The notes under the pieces were generated by a model. That model had not been told where the DNA came from. It did not search any database and worked only from the letters and a program-made list of their open reading frames with translations. Both the position numbers and the translations under genes were made by a program. Shown in pieces: positions 19,959 to 29,336 of a stretch of DNA of 64,000 nt. Within the stretch, counting starts at the first letter, position 1. Each line of letters begins with the position of its first letter. This DNA comes from an uncultured Acidobacteriota bacterium (GTDB lineage Bacteria; Acidobacteriota; Thermoanaerobaculia; Multivoradales; UBA5704), in the NCBI GenBank assembly GCA_963770895.1, contig CAVYRF010000001.1:1920001-1984000 (forward strand), read 5' to 3'.

Positions 19959-22900
19959 GTGCTGCTGCCGCCACCCGCCGCCGGCCGCGCCGCACCTTCC
20001 GGCGGCAGCGGCCGCCGCCGTACTTCGCTGCTCGTCGCCCGCGCCGGCCTGCGCGAGCCGGCGCTGCTCGGCGCGGCGCTGGTCGCGCCGGCGCTGGCCG
20101 CCCCCTGGTCGAGTCTCGCGCTCCTCGCCTGCGGCCTGCTGTGGATGCTCTGGCGGCCACGCCCGCCGCGCCGCGAAGCCGCTCTCGCCCTGCTGCTGGT
20201 GGTGGCGGCGGCGGCGGCGCTCGCCGGCAGCACGTTCGCCAGCTTCGAGAGCGGCCTGTCCGACCGCCAATGGGTGGCCAGCCGCGCCGCCGACTACCGG
20301 CGCCTCTGGGACGGCCTGAGCGCCGCCGCCGCCGGCGCCGCCGCGGCGCTGCGCCAGCAGCCGGGCAGCCCGGTCGCGGCGCTCGATCCGCTGGCCAGCA
20401 GCGTGGCGCAGCCGCGGTCGGCGGGGCTCTTCGCCGGTTTTGCCGGCGGGCCGGCGGGAGCCGCCGCGGCGGCTCAGAGCGCCGGCGGCGGCGGTATCGC
20501 CGGCATCGGCGGCAGCGGTGCCAGCGCCGCGGCCACGGCGGCGGCGACGCGCGCGGCGTTCGACCGCCTCATCCGCCTGGCGCCGCCGGTGCGCGACCGC
20601 CGGCGCGAGCTGCTGCTGGTGGACGACGACGGCAACCCGGTGGCCTGGGCGGGCGACGGTCTCATCCATGAGCCCGAGCAGTGGCCGCGCTCCGGCCTGA
20701 GCTACCGCGCCGGCTTCCATTCCGTCACGCTCTACGCCGCCGAGCCGCTGGACGAATCGAACCGCCCGTGGCGGGTGGTGGCGGGGGAGAGCTTCGAAAC
20801 CTCGCGCCTGCCGCGGCCGGCGGGCGGCGGCGGCGCATGGGGCCGGCAGGCCCTCGCCCCCGCCGGCGTCCTGGACGGTGTGCAAGCCGGCCTCGACCGC
20901 CTTGCCGACTGGCTGGCGCCGCGGCGGCCGCTGCGCTGGTCGCTGGTGGACAACCCGTCGCAAACCCACGCCGCCGCCATCGAGGTGCGCGCCCCCGGCC
21001 TGCCGGCCCTGGAGGTGGAGCGGCTGCCGGCGGCGGCGCCTGGCGGCGGCAATGCCGGCGCCGGCAGCGGCGCGGCGGCCGATGCCGCCGCCGCCGCGCC
21101 CACCTGGCCGGCGCGCGTGCTGTGGGCGGCGGTGGCGGCCGCCCTGCTGGCGCTCGCCGTGATGCGCGGCGTCGGCGTGGCGCTGCCGGCGGCGGCGACG
21201 CGTTCGGGGCAGCTCGAACAGCGCAGCTGGGTGCCGGCGCTGGTGCTCGGCGGGGTGTTCGCCCTGGGAATGCTCGCCGCCGTGCCGCCGCTGCCCTTGC
21301 TCTGCCTGGAGGCGGGGGGCGCGCTGGCGCTCGCCGGCCTGCTGGCGCCGCGCTCGCGGGCGCGCCGCGACGGTGCCGGCGGCGTGTGGGTGGCGGTGCG
21401 CGGGGCGGCGGCGGTGGCGGCGCTGGTCGCCGCCGCCTGGGGCGTGCAGATCGTGCTGGGGCCGTCCGACGCCGCCGAGGCGCTGATGGTGCCGGCGCGC
21501 GACTGGTGCATCCGCCTGGCCTGGAGCGGCGCCACCCTGGGCTTGCTGCTGCTCGCCGGGCGGCGCGACGGCGGCGAGCCGGCGCCGCGGCCCGATCGCT
21601 GGGTGGCCCTGGCGGCGGGCCTGCTGCTCGCCGGCGTGGCGGCGAGCGGCGTCGCCTGGGCGGCGCTGCCGCTGCTGCTCGCCGGCGGCGCCGCCGCCGC
21701 CCGCTACGGCGACCGCCAGCGCCGCGCCCGCGGCGGCGTGCTGGCGGTGATGGCGGTGCTCGCCGTGCTGGCCAGCGCGGCGATCTGGGAGACCGCCTAT
21801 CGGGCGCGCCTGGCGACCTACGACGTCGGCGAGCTGCTGGGCCGGCTGGCGCCGCCGCCGGCCGCCGACCATGCGGCGCTCGCCGGCGAGCTGCACGACT
21901 ATTTCGCGCAGGTCGACGTCAACCGCCTGGTCGCCCGCTCGCCGGTCGGTGTGGACCGCCGCGACCTCGCCTACACCCTGTGGCGAGCCTCGCCGCTGGC
22001 GCGCCCCAACGCGCTGTCGTCGCTGGTGGTGCGCTCCGCCGGCGCGCTGGTGTCGTCGTTCGCCTTCGGCCTGCCGCTCGACGGCGAAGGGGCGATCGAT
22101 CGGACGCGGCTGGCCGCCCTGCAGCTGCCCGGCTGGGAGCCGGTCGCCGGCGAGGTGCCGCTGCAGCTGGCCGACGGCCGCCCCGCCACCGCCACCTACT
22201 GGCTGCTGCCGCGCCCCGGTTTCCGCGTCGCCGACCGCCGCCGCCTGATGCACATCGAGACCGGCCTGCTGCGCGGCAGCGGCGCCACGCCGGGCCCGGT
22301 CGAGGAGCTGGCGGCGCCCGGCCTGTTCGCTCTCTACTCGGCGCCGGACGGGCGCGCCGCCCTGTCGCCGTGGGCCGACCGGCCGCCACTGCCCGGCCGC
22401 CTGCGCCGCGCGCGGCCGGCCAGCGCCGAGGTGGACACTCCGGCCGGGCGGGCCATGGCCTACGTCCGCCTGCAGCCCGGCGGCCGCGCCTGGGCGGTGA
22501 TCTTCCTGCCCGACGAAGGGCCGCTCGCGGCGCTCGAGCGCACCGCCAACTGGGGCGTCGGCCTGCTGCTGCTGCTGGCCGGCGCGTCGGTGCCGGCGGC
22601 GCTGCTGGCGCTGCCCAGGGCGGCGTTCCGCGACCTGCTGCGGCGCTCGGTGCGGTCGTATTCGCGGCGCCTGCTGATCGTCTACACGCTGCTGCTGCTG
22701 CTGCCGCTGGTCCTGGTCAACGCCCTTTTGGTGCGTTCGGTCGAGCTCGACATGCTCAACCGCCAGGTGGTTTCGGGCCAGGCGGCGCTGCACTCGGCCG
22801 AACAGCTCCTTGGCGAAGAGATCGGCAACCTCCCGGTCGGCTACGTCTTCGATCCCGGCACCTTCGACGCCAGGCTCGACGGCATCTCGGAGGTGGTGCG

Positions 22901-24482
22901 GCGGGCGGTCAACCTCTATGGCGGCAGCCGGCTGGCCGCCTCCAGCGAGCACGAGCTGTTCACCTCGGGGCTGCTGCCGACGCGGCTGCCGGGGACGGCC
23001 TACGCCAGCCTGGCGCTCGGCGAGCGCACGCTCTACTCGCTCACCAACCACGCCGCCGAGGTGGACTACCTGGAGATCTACGCCCCGCTGCGGCTCCCCG
23101 GCGACGACCCCAACGGCGAGCCGCGCCTGTTCGTGTCGGTGCCCCTGCTCGCCCAGCAGGAGGAAAATTCGCTGCAGCTGGCCCACCTGCGCCGCCACGC
23201 CATCCTGGTGACCAGCGCCCTGTTCGTGCTGCTGGCGGCGGTGGGCACGCGGCTGGCGCAGAACTTCACCCGCCCCATCACCCAGCTGGTCGCCGGCACG
23301 CGGCGCATCGCCGCCGGCGCCACCTCGCTCGACCTGGCGCCGACCGAGCTGGAGCTGGCCGCCCTGGTCGCGGCGGTGGACGACATGGCGCGGCGCATCG
23401 CCCTGGCGCGCGACGGGCTGCTGCGGGAAAAGCAGGTGGTCGAGCGGGTGGTGGAAAACATCACCGCCGGCGTCGTCTCGCTCGACCGCGAGCGGCGGGT
23501 GCTGATGCACAACCGGGTGGCGGCCGAGCTGCTGGGCGTCGCGGTCGGCGAAAGCCTGGAGCGGCTGGTGCGGCGTTCCGAGCGGCTGGCGCCGGTCGCC
23601 GCCTTCCTGCGCGGCGCCGGCGGCGAGATGGCGCGCACCACGGTGCGCCTGGGCGGCACCGGCAGCGGCGAGCGCGAGTGGTCGCTGGTCTGGGTGCCGC
23701 TGCCCGGGCAAGGGGAGCCGTTCGCGCTGCTGGTGGTCGAGGACGCGACCGAGGAGCTGCGCGGCCAGCGGCTGCTCGCCTGGGCGGAGATGGCGCGCAT
23801 GATCGCCCACGAGATCAAGAACCCGCTCACCCCGATCCGCCTGTCGACCGAGCACATGCGCGAGGTCCACCAGCGCGACCCCGAGAAGTTCGGCGCGGTG
23901 TTCGAGCGCTGCACCGCCAACATCCTCACCCAGGTCGAGGAGCTGCGCTCGATCGCCTCCGAGTTTTCCGCCTACAGCGCCATCCCGCGCATCGATCCGC
24001 GCCCCGGCGACCTGGCCGCCGCGGTCGCCGAGCTGGTGGAGGGGTATCGCGCGGCGCCGCCGCCGGGCGTCGAGGTCACGATCGAAACGCCGCACGGTGC
24101 CGTCCCGGCGCGCTTCGACGCCAAGCTGCTGCTGCGCGCGGTGCGCAACCTGATCGAAAACGCCCTGCGCGCCAGTGCCGGCGGCGGCAGCGTCGTGGTG
24201 CGCGTCGAGCACGCGGCGGAGGGGCGCCAGGCGCGCATCGTCGTCCTCGACTGCGGGCCGGGCGTCCCGGCCGGCCAGCTGGCGCGCATCTTCGATCCCT
24301 ATTTCTCGACCCACGCCACCGGCACCGGGTTGGGCCTGCCGATCGCGCGCCGCATCGCCGAAGAGCACGGCGGCGACATCACGGCGCAAAACCGGCCGAC
24401 CGGCGGCCTGGAGGTCGTCCTGACGCTGCCCGCCGAGGCCGCAGCGGCGCCGCCGCCGCCGTCAGGCGCCTTCGGGAGCTAG
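19959..24482 (+). CDS. Very large multi-TM sensor histidine kinase (HAMP-PAS-HisKA-HATPase, NtrY-like); start uncertain
   Basis: WAEMARMIAHEIKNPLTPI H-box, NLIENA, DCGPG, IFDPYFST, GTGLGL; many N-terminal hydrophobic segments. Confidence 0.85.
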   Translation: MLLPPPAAGRAAPSGGSGRRRTSLLVARAGLREPALLGAALVAPALAAPWSSLALLACGLLWMLWRPRPPRREAALALLLVVAAAAALAGSTFASFESGLSDRQWVASRAADYRRLWDGLSAAAAGAAAALRQQPGSPVAALDPLASSVAQPRSAGLFAGFAGGPAGAAAAAQSAGGGGIAGIGGSGASAAATAAATRAAFDRLIRLAPPVRDRRRELLLVDDDGNPVAWAGDGLIHEPEQWPRSGLSYRAGFHSVTLYAAEPLDESNRPWRVVAGESFETSRLPRPAGGGGAWGRQALAPAGVLDGVQAGLDRLADWLAPRRPLRWSLVDNPSQTHAAAIEVRAPGLPALEVERLPAAAPGGGNAGAGSGAAADAAAAAPTWPARVLWAAVAAALLALAVMRGVGVALPAAATRSGQLEQRSWVPALVLGGVFALGMLAAVPPLPLLCLEAGGALALAGLLAPRSRARRDGAGGVWVAVRGAAAVAALVAAAWGVQIVLGPSDAAEALMVPARDWCIRLAWSGATLGLLLLAGRRDGGEPAPRPDRWVALAAGLLLAGVAASGVAWAALPLLLAGGAAAARYGDRQRRARGGVLAVMAVLAVLASAAIWETAYRARLATYDVGELLGRLAPPPAADHAALAGELHDYFAQVDVNRLVARSPVGVDRRDLAYTLWRASPLARPNALSSLVVRSAGALVSSFAFGLPLDGEGAIDRTRLAALQLPGWEPVAGEVPLQLADGRPATATYWLLPRPGFRVADRRRLMHIETGLLRGSGATPGPVEELAAPGLFALYSAPDGRAALSPWADRPPLPGRLRRARPASAEVDTPAGRAMAYVRLQPGGRAWAVIFLPDEGPLAALERTANWGVGLLLLLAGASVPAALLALPRAAFRDLLRRSVRSYSRRLLIVYTLLLLLPLVLVNALLVRSVELDMLNRQVVSGQAALHSAEQLLGEEIGNLPVGYVFDPGTFDARLDGISEVVRRAVNLYGGSRLAASSEHELFTSGLLPTRLPGTAYASLALGERTLYSLTNHAAEVDYLEIYAPLRLPGDDPNGEPRLFVSVPLLAQQEENSLQLAHLRRHAILVTSALFVLLAAVGTRLAQNFTRPITQLVAGTRRIAAGATSLDLAPTELELAALVAAVDDMARRIALARDGLLREKQVVERVVENITAGVVSLDRERRVLMHNRVAAELLGVAVGESLERLVRRSERLAPVAAFLRGAGGEMARTTVRLGGTGSGEREWSLVWVPLPGQGEPFALLVVEDATEELRGQRLLAWAEMARMIAHEIKNPLTPIRLSTEHMREVHQRDPEKFGAVFERCTANILTQVEELRSIASEFSAYSAIPRIDPRPGDLAAAVAELVEGYRAAPPPGVEVTIETPHGAVPARFDAKLLLRAVRNLIENALRASAGGGSVVVRVEHAAEGRQARIVVLDCGPGVPAGQLARIFDPYFSTHATGTGLGLPIARRIAEEHGGDITAQNRPTGGLEVVLTLPAEAAAAPPPPSGAFGS

Positions 24483-24511
24483 CACCCGTCGGGATCTAGC
24501 GCCGGCGGCGG

Positions 24512-25735
24512 TCAGCGCCGGCGGGTGGGGAGGCTGCGGCGCGAGGAGCCGAGGGAGCGCGCCGGGCGATGCTCGACGTAGGGGGCGACGCCGGGGATGG
24601 TGCAGCGCGGCAGGTCCTGGCCGATCGTCTGCTCGATGTCCTTGATGATCGGCTTGTCGAGCCAGGTGGCGATCGACGACACCAGGCCGGCGGCGGTGCC
24701 GCGCGCGGTGCGCCCGGCGCGGTGGATGTAGTCGTCGACCGTTTCGGGCATGTCGAAGTTGATGATGTGGCTGATCTGCGGCACGTCGATGCCGCGGGCG
24801 GCGATGTCGGTCGCCACCAGGATGCGGTGCTCCCCTTCGCGGAAGCCCTGGAGGGCCTGCACGCGCTGGCCTTGCGAAAGATCCGAGTGGATGCGCTCGA
24901 CCGGATGCCCTTCGCGTTCCAGCACGCCCGACAGCCATTCGGCGTCGCTCTTCCTGCGGATGAAGACCAGCGTGCTGCCCAGCTCCTGGCGCAGCAAGGC
25001 CAGGATCAGCGCCTTCTTGTTTTCGGGGTCGACCAGGTAGACCCGGTGGCTGATGCCCTGCGCCGCCTTGCCCTCGGGCGTGATGTCCACCCGCACCGGA
25101 TCGTGCATGAAGCGCTGCGCCAGCCGCTCGATGATCGGCGGCATGGTGGCCGAGAACATCAGCGTCTGGCGGCGCTCGGGCAGCTCGTCCAGGATGCGCT
25201 GCACCTGCGGCAGAAAGCCCAGGTCCAGCATGTGGTCGGCCTCGTCGAGCACCAGCACTTCGATTTCGTTGAGCCGCACGTTGCCGCGCTCCAGGTGGTC
25301 GAACAGCCGGCCGGGCGTCGCCACCACGATGTCCGGCCGCTTGCGCAGGCCGTGGATCTGCGGTCCCATCTTGACGCCGCCGATCAGGCACACAGTCTTC
25401 AGATGATGGTCGCCGCCGAACAGGTCCAGAAACGCCTTGGTCTGCAAGGCGATCTCGCGGGTGGGGGAGAGGATCAGCCCGCGCAACCCCTGGCCGTGGG
25501 TCAACCGCTCGGCCAGCGGCAGCGCGAAGGCCGCGGTCTTGCCCGAGCCGGTCTCCGCCAGCCCGACCAGGTCGCGGCCAGCCAAAGCCGTCGGGATCAC
25601 CTCCGCCTGGATGGGGGTCGGGTGCTCGAAGCCGATCTCCCGCACCAGGCGCAGGATCGGTTCCGAGAGTCCGAGAGCAGCAAAGCTTTTATCAGTAGTT
25701 GCAACAGGATGCTGTGGGATCGCGACGGTCTGCAT
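24512..25735 (-). CDS. DEAD-box RNA helicase (RhlE-like)
   Basis: Q-motif PTPIQ, AETGSGKT, PTREIA, DEAD, SAT, ARGID, HRAGRTAR. Confidence 0.95.
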   Translation of the reverse strand: MQTVAIPQHPVATTDKSFAALGLSEPILRLVREIGFEHPTPIQAEVIPTALAGRDLVGLAETGSGKTAAFALPLAERLTHGQGLRGLILSPTREIALQTKAFLDLFGGDHHLKTVCLIGGVKMGPQIHGLRKRPDIVVATPGRLFDHLERGNVRLNEIEVLVLDEADHMLDLGFLPQVQRILDELPERRQTLMFSATMPPIIERLAQRFMHDPVRVDITPEGKAAQGISHRVYLVDPENKKALILALLRQELGSTLVFIRRKSDAEWLSGVLEREGHPVERIHSDLSQGQRVQALQGFREGEHRILVATDIAARGIDVPQISHIINFDMPETVDDYIHRAGRTARGTAAGLVSSIATWLDKPIIKDIEQTIGQDLPRCTIPGVAPYVEHRPARSLGSSRRSLPTRRR

Positions 25736-25943
25736 GTCCTGCCGCTTATAGACCAAATCGCCGCGGCATTACAAGGCCCGCCAGCGGCCGAAGTGGCCAG
25801 GTGACGTCAAGCTCGTTGCGCCGATCGCTCAGGAATGCCACATCTTCAGGCTCAGGATCCGAGGGGCGGCCGTCACCAGCCTGAGCAACGACCTGACCCA
25901 CGTCGTCGTGCGGCGCTAGCCGTGCGGCGCCCGCGGGACCCGC

Positions 25944-27032
25944 TCAGGCGGCGGGTTCCGCGAGGCGCGCCGGCGTCGGCCAGCGCACGGTGGGCGGGCG
26001 GATCTGGCGCAGCGCGCCGACGACCCCCAGCAGCGCCAGCGGGTTGCCCAGCAGCATGGAATTGACGATCAGCGATTGCGGCGCGCCGTAGGCGCGATAG
26101 ATCGGCAGCAGCCGGCGCTGCAGGCGGCGGACGTGCAGCCAGTGCACCTGCGGAAACAGGTGATGGGTCAGGTGGGTCGCCGCGGTAAAGTGATTGATCC
26201 ATGACACCAGGCGCGCCAGCCGCGTCGCGGGCTCGCAGTAGGTCGCCTGGCGGAACGGGTGGTCCAGCGCGCTCGGCGCGTGATCGGTGAGATTCATCAA
26301 CAGGCTGGCAAGCGGCGCCACCAGGAGCGTCGCCGGCAGCAGGTACAGCACCGTCGCGCGCCAGTTGAGCGCCAGCAGCGCCGCCAGCCACACCGGCGCC
26401 GCCCACCGCGTCGCGACGATCTCCCAATAGTGCGCCGGCCGCGACCGTCGCAGCACGCGAATGTAGGGCGGCAGCGGCGACAGCGGCAGGAACCCCCAGA
26501 TCGAACGCGTCGTTTCGACCGCCAGATACCGCGACAGCGCCAGCCATCCCCGCAGGCCGGGCGCCGCCTGGATGCGCGCCAGCAGCAGCTGCGGGTCGTC
26601 GGTCGGATCGCTGTACTTGTGGTGCTCCCAGTGGTGGTAGCGGACCTCGAGCGGGCTGGTGAACACCGCGATGCCGAGCAGCCGCAAAGCCACCATGGCC
26701 CCCGGCCGCTCGAAGAGCGGCCAGTGATTGAAATAGTGGATCGCCACGTCCAGCGCCAGGCTGGAATAGATCGCCCAGGGGATCAGCAGCGCCACCTTGC
26801 AAAACCAAGGCAGCGGCGAATAGGCCAGCAGGAACGTGATGCCGATCACCGCCACCCACTCCGCCGCCAGCAACCAGTTGGCCTGCCGCTGGCGGCGCAG
26901 GAACAGCGGATGCTCGCGCTGCAGCCGCATCAATCGCCGCGCCAGCCGCCGCGCCCGCCGCAGATCCCCCTGCACTTCGCCCGGCGCCTCGCCACCCGCC
27001 GCGCCGGCGGCAACCGCATTCATCTCGGCCAT
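25944..27032 (-). CDS. Membrane fatty-acid desaturase-like protein
   Basis: Three His boxes HYFNH, HHWEHH, HLTHH with TM segments. Confidence 0.8.
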   Translation of the reverse strand: MAEMNAVAAGAAGGEAPGEVQGDLRRARRLARRLMRLQREHPLFLRRQRQANWLLAAEWVAVIGITFLLAYSPLPWFCKVALLIPWAIYSSLALDVAIHYFNHWPLFERPGAMVALRLLGIAVFTSPLEVRYHHWEHHKYSDPTDDPQLLLARIQAAPGLRGWLALSRYLAVETTRSIWGFLPLSPLPPYIRVLRRSRPAHYWEIVATRWAAPVWLAALLALNWRATVLYLLPATLLVAPLASLLMNLTDHAPSALDHPFRQATYCEPATRLARLVSWINHFTAATHLTHHLFPQVHWLHVRRLQRRLLPIYRAYGAPQSLIVNSMLLGNPLALLGVVGALRQIRPPTVRWPTPARLAEPAA

Positions 27033-27270
27033 CGATCAGCCCTTCCGTGTCCGCTCCGGTGCTCGTGCAGATAGTACACGCAAGCCGTTCGATGCCGCCG
27101 TCGCCCTGCCGCGGCCAGGGGTGCCGGTGCGCGGCGTCGCCTTGCTGAAAACAGGACGCCATCGCTCGGCCTGAACCGCCACCCCTCTTGACCTGTGCCG
27201 GAGCCCCCACTATGGTCTGGCTGCACCCCCCGGCGTTTCCGCGGCGCTCCTGCCGCGGCACGAGGTTTCC

Positions 27271-27888
27271 TTGGCCCGTCCGTCGATCGACCAACTGCTC
27301 CAGCTCCTCCTCGGCCGCCCGTCTCGCAGCACCCTGACCGCCGCCGAAAGCGACCTGCTCGCCAGCCTGGCGAGCGGCCGCGCCTCGCTGGTCGAAGTGG
27401 GCGTCTACCAGGGCGCCACCAGCGCCCGCCTGGCCGCCGCCATGGCCCCCGGCGGCTGCCTCTGGCTGGTCGATCCCTACGTCCTCGCCACCCGCACCGA
27501 ACGCGCCCTCGGCTTCTCCCTCAACGAGCGGCTGGCCCGCCGCGCCGTCCGCCCCTTTGGCCCCCGCGTGCGCTTCCTCCGCCAGCTGTCCCTGGCCGCC
27601 GCCAGCAGCCTCCCCCTCGCCGCCCCTGCCGACCTCATCTTCCTCGACGCCGACCACACCTACGAGGCCGTCCGCGACGACTTCCTGGCCTGGGCACCGC
27701 ACCTCGCCCCCGCCGGCACCATCGCCCTCCACGACAGCCGCCCCTGTGGCGCCCGCCCCGATCTGACCGACGACGACGGCCCCGTCCGCCTGGCCAACGA
27801 AATCCTCCGCGCCCACCACGGCCCCTGGACCCTCGCCGCCACCGCCGACTCCCTCACCGCCTTTCGCCACACTCCCGGCGAGAGGTAG
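27271..27888 (+). CDS. Class I SAM-dependent methyltransferase (Methyltransf_24-like)
   Basis: LVEVGVYQGATS, DLIFLDADHTYEAV, GTIALHD; TTG start after GAGGT. Confidence 0.8.
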   Translation: MARPSIDQLLQLLLGRPSRSTLTAAESDLLASLASGRASLVEVGVYQGATSARLAAAMAPGGCLWLVDPYVLATRTERALGFSLNERLARRAVRPFGPRVRFLRQLSLAAASSLPLAAPADLIFLDADHTYEAVRDDFLAWAPHLAPAGTIALHDSRPCGARPDLTDDDGPVRLANEILRAHHGPWTLAATADSLTAFRHTPGER

Positions 27889-27993
27889 CCGTAGGGGATC
27901 ACAGACAACGCCCGGCGTGCCGGCCCGTTGACGAGCCGTGCGGGCTGGGTAAGAATCGGATGTGTATGACTCTTACCCCCGCCAGGAGGCCGT

Positions 27994-28227
27994 ATGCGCA
28001 TTACCAGCAAGGGCCAGGTGACAATCCCGATCGAGATCCGGGAGCAGGTGGGGTTGCTGCCCCACACCGAAGTCCGCTTCGAAGTGGACGGCGATTCCGT
28101 GCGGATCCTCCGTCAGGAGACATCGGTAGAAGGCCGGGGAGAGAGGCTTCTGCGCAAGATGCGGGGGCGGGCCACCTCGGGGATGAGCACCGAGGAGATC
28201 CTGGCCTTGACCCGCGGCCGCCGCTAA
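27994..28227 (+). CDS. AbrB/MazE/SpoVT-family antitoxin
   Basis: AGGAGG RBS; MRITSKGQVTIPIEIREQ. Confidence 0.9.
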   Translation: MRITSKGQVTIPIEIREQVGLLPHTEVRFEVDGDSVRILRQETSVEGRGERLLRKMRGRATSGMSTEEILALTRGRR

Positions 28228-28637
28228 GGCGGGTCCTGGTCGATAGCAACGTGATCCTTGACGTCGTGACCGACGATCCACGATGGAGTGATTGGTCCTC
28301 CACCATGCTCGCCCGCTGCGCCGACAGCGGCACCTTGGTGATCAATCCCATCGTCTACGCCGAGGTCTCGGTTAGCTTTGCCAGGATCGAGGACCTGGAT
28401 GACGTCCTGTCGGATGAGGCCTACGTCCGCGCCCCCCTGCCCTGGGAGGCGGCCTTCCTTGCCGGCAAATGCTTTCTGGAGTATCGCCGACGCGGCGGCG
28501 CCCGCCGTTCGCCGCTGTCTGACTTTTACATCGGCGCCCACGCGGCGGTGGCCGGCCTGCCCCTGTTGACCCGCGACGCACGTCGCTACCGCACCTATTT
28601 TCCCAGCCTTCATCTGCTTGCTCCGCAGGAGCCGTAG
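28227..28637 (+). CDS. PIN-domain (VapC-type) toxin lacking a canonical start codon (possibly inactivated)
   Basis: VLVDSNVILD..IVYAEVS..DFYIGAHA..LLTRD; junction reads TAAGG where a TAATG coupling is expected. Confidence 0.75.
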   Translation, partial: RRVLVDSNVILDVVTDDPRWSDWSSTMLARCADSGTLVINPIVYAEVSVSFARIEDLDDVLSDEAYVRAPLPWEAAFLAGKCFLEYRRRGGARRSPLSDFYIGAHAAVAGLPLLTRDARRYRTYFPSLHLLAPQEP

Positions 28638-28715
28638 AAGGGGGAGGCCCGGATGTGCGGGCATTGCCATTAGAATGCCGTCGTCAGCTCAACCTGAACG
28701 ATAGAGTCCTGCCGC

Positions 28716-29336
28716 GTGCCCATGCATTCGATCCCCGCCGGCACCCCGCGGGTCGCGATTGGCCGTGCCGTGCTTTGGCATTGGTTGCTCCGGCCGGGCC
28801 TTGAATGCTGCCAGCTGAGCGGCGCGATGGAGGGTGAGGGCGACGGCGCAGGTTGGCGGCTTGACGGCACCATCGTCGCTGCCAGCGACAACGGCCCTGC
28901 GGCCGTGATCTATCAGGTGGAGTGCGACGCCCAATGGCGGACACGCCGGGCGCACGTTTCGCTGCGCGCCGGCGCCGGCGAACGTACCCTCGACGTCCAG
29001 GTCGCGGGGGGTCGATGGAGCGCAAACGGCGCGCCGCGGCCAGACCTCACCGGTTGCGTGGATATCGATCTCGGCTGGAGCCCGTCCACCAACACGCTGC
29101 CCATCCGCCGCCTCTCCCTGGCGGTCGGCGCGGCAAGCGGACCGTTGGTCGCCGCCTGGGTGCGTTTCCCCGACCTGACGCTGGAAACCCTGCCGCAGGA
29201 GTACCAGCACCTCACCGCCGATCGCTACCGCTATACCAGCCGCGGCGGCGGGTTCACCGCCATCGTCCAGGTCGACTCCGACGGCCTGGTCCGCGACTAC
29301 GAAGGCATCTGGCGCCGTCAGGACGGCGGTGGGTAG
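28716..29336 (+). CDS. Putative glycolipid-binding domain protein
   Basis: GCVDIDLGWSPSTNTLPIRRL, Q.Y, VDSDGLVRDY characteristic of this family. Confidence 0.8.
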   Translation: MPMHSIPAGTPRVAIGRAVLWHWLLRPGLECCQLSGAMEGEGDGAGWRLDGTIVAASDNGPAAVIYQVECDAQWRTRRAHVSLRAGAGERTLDVQVAGGRWSANGAPRPDLTGCVDIDLGWSPSTNTLPIRRLSLAVGAASGPLVAAWVRFPDLTLETLPQEYQHLTADRYRYTSRGGGFTAIVQVDSDGLVRDYEGIWRRQDGGG

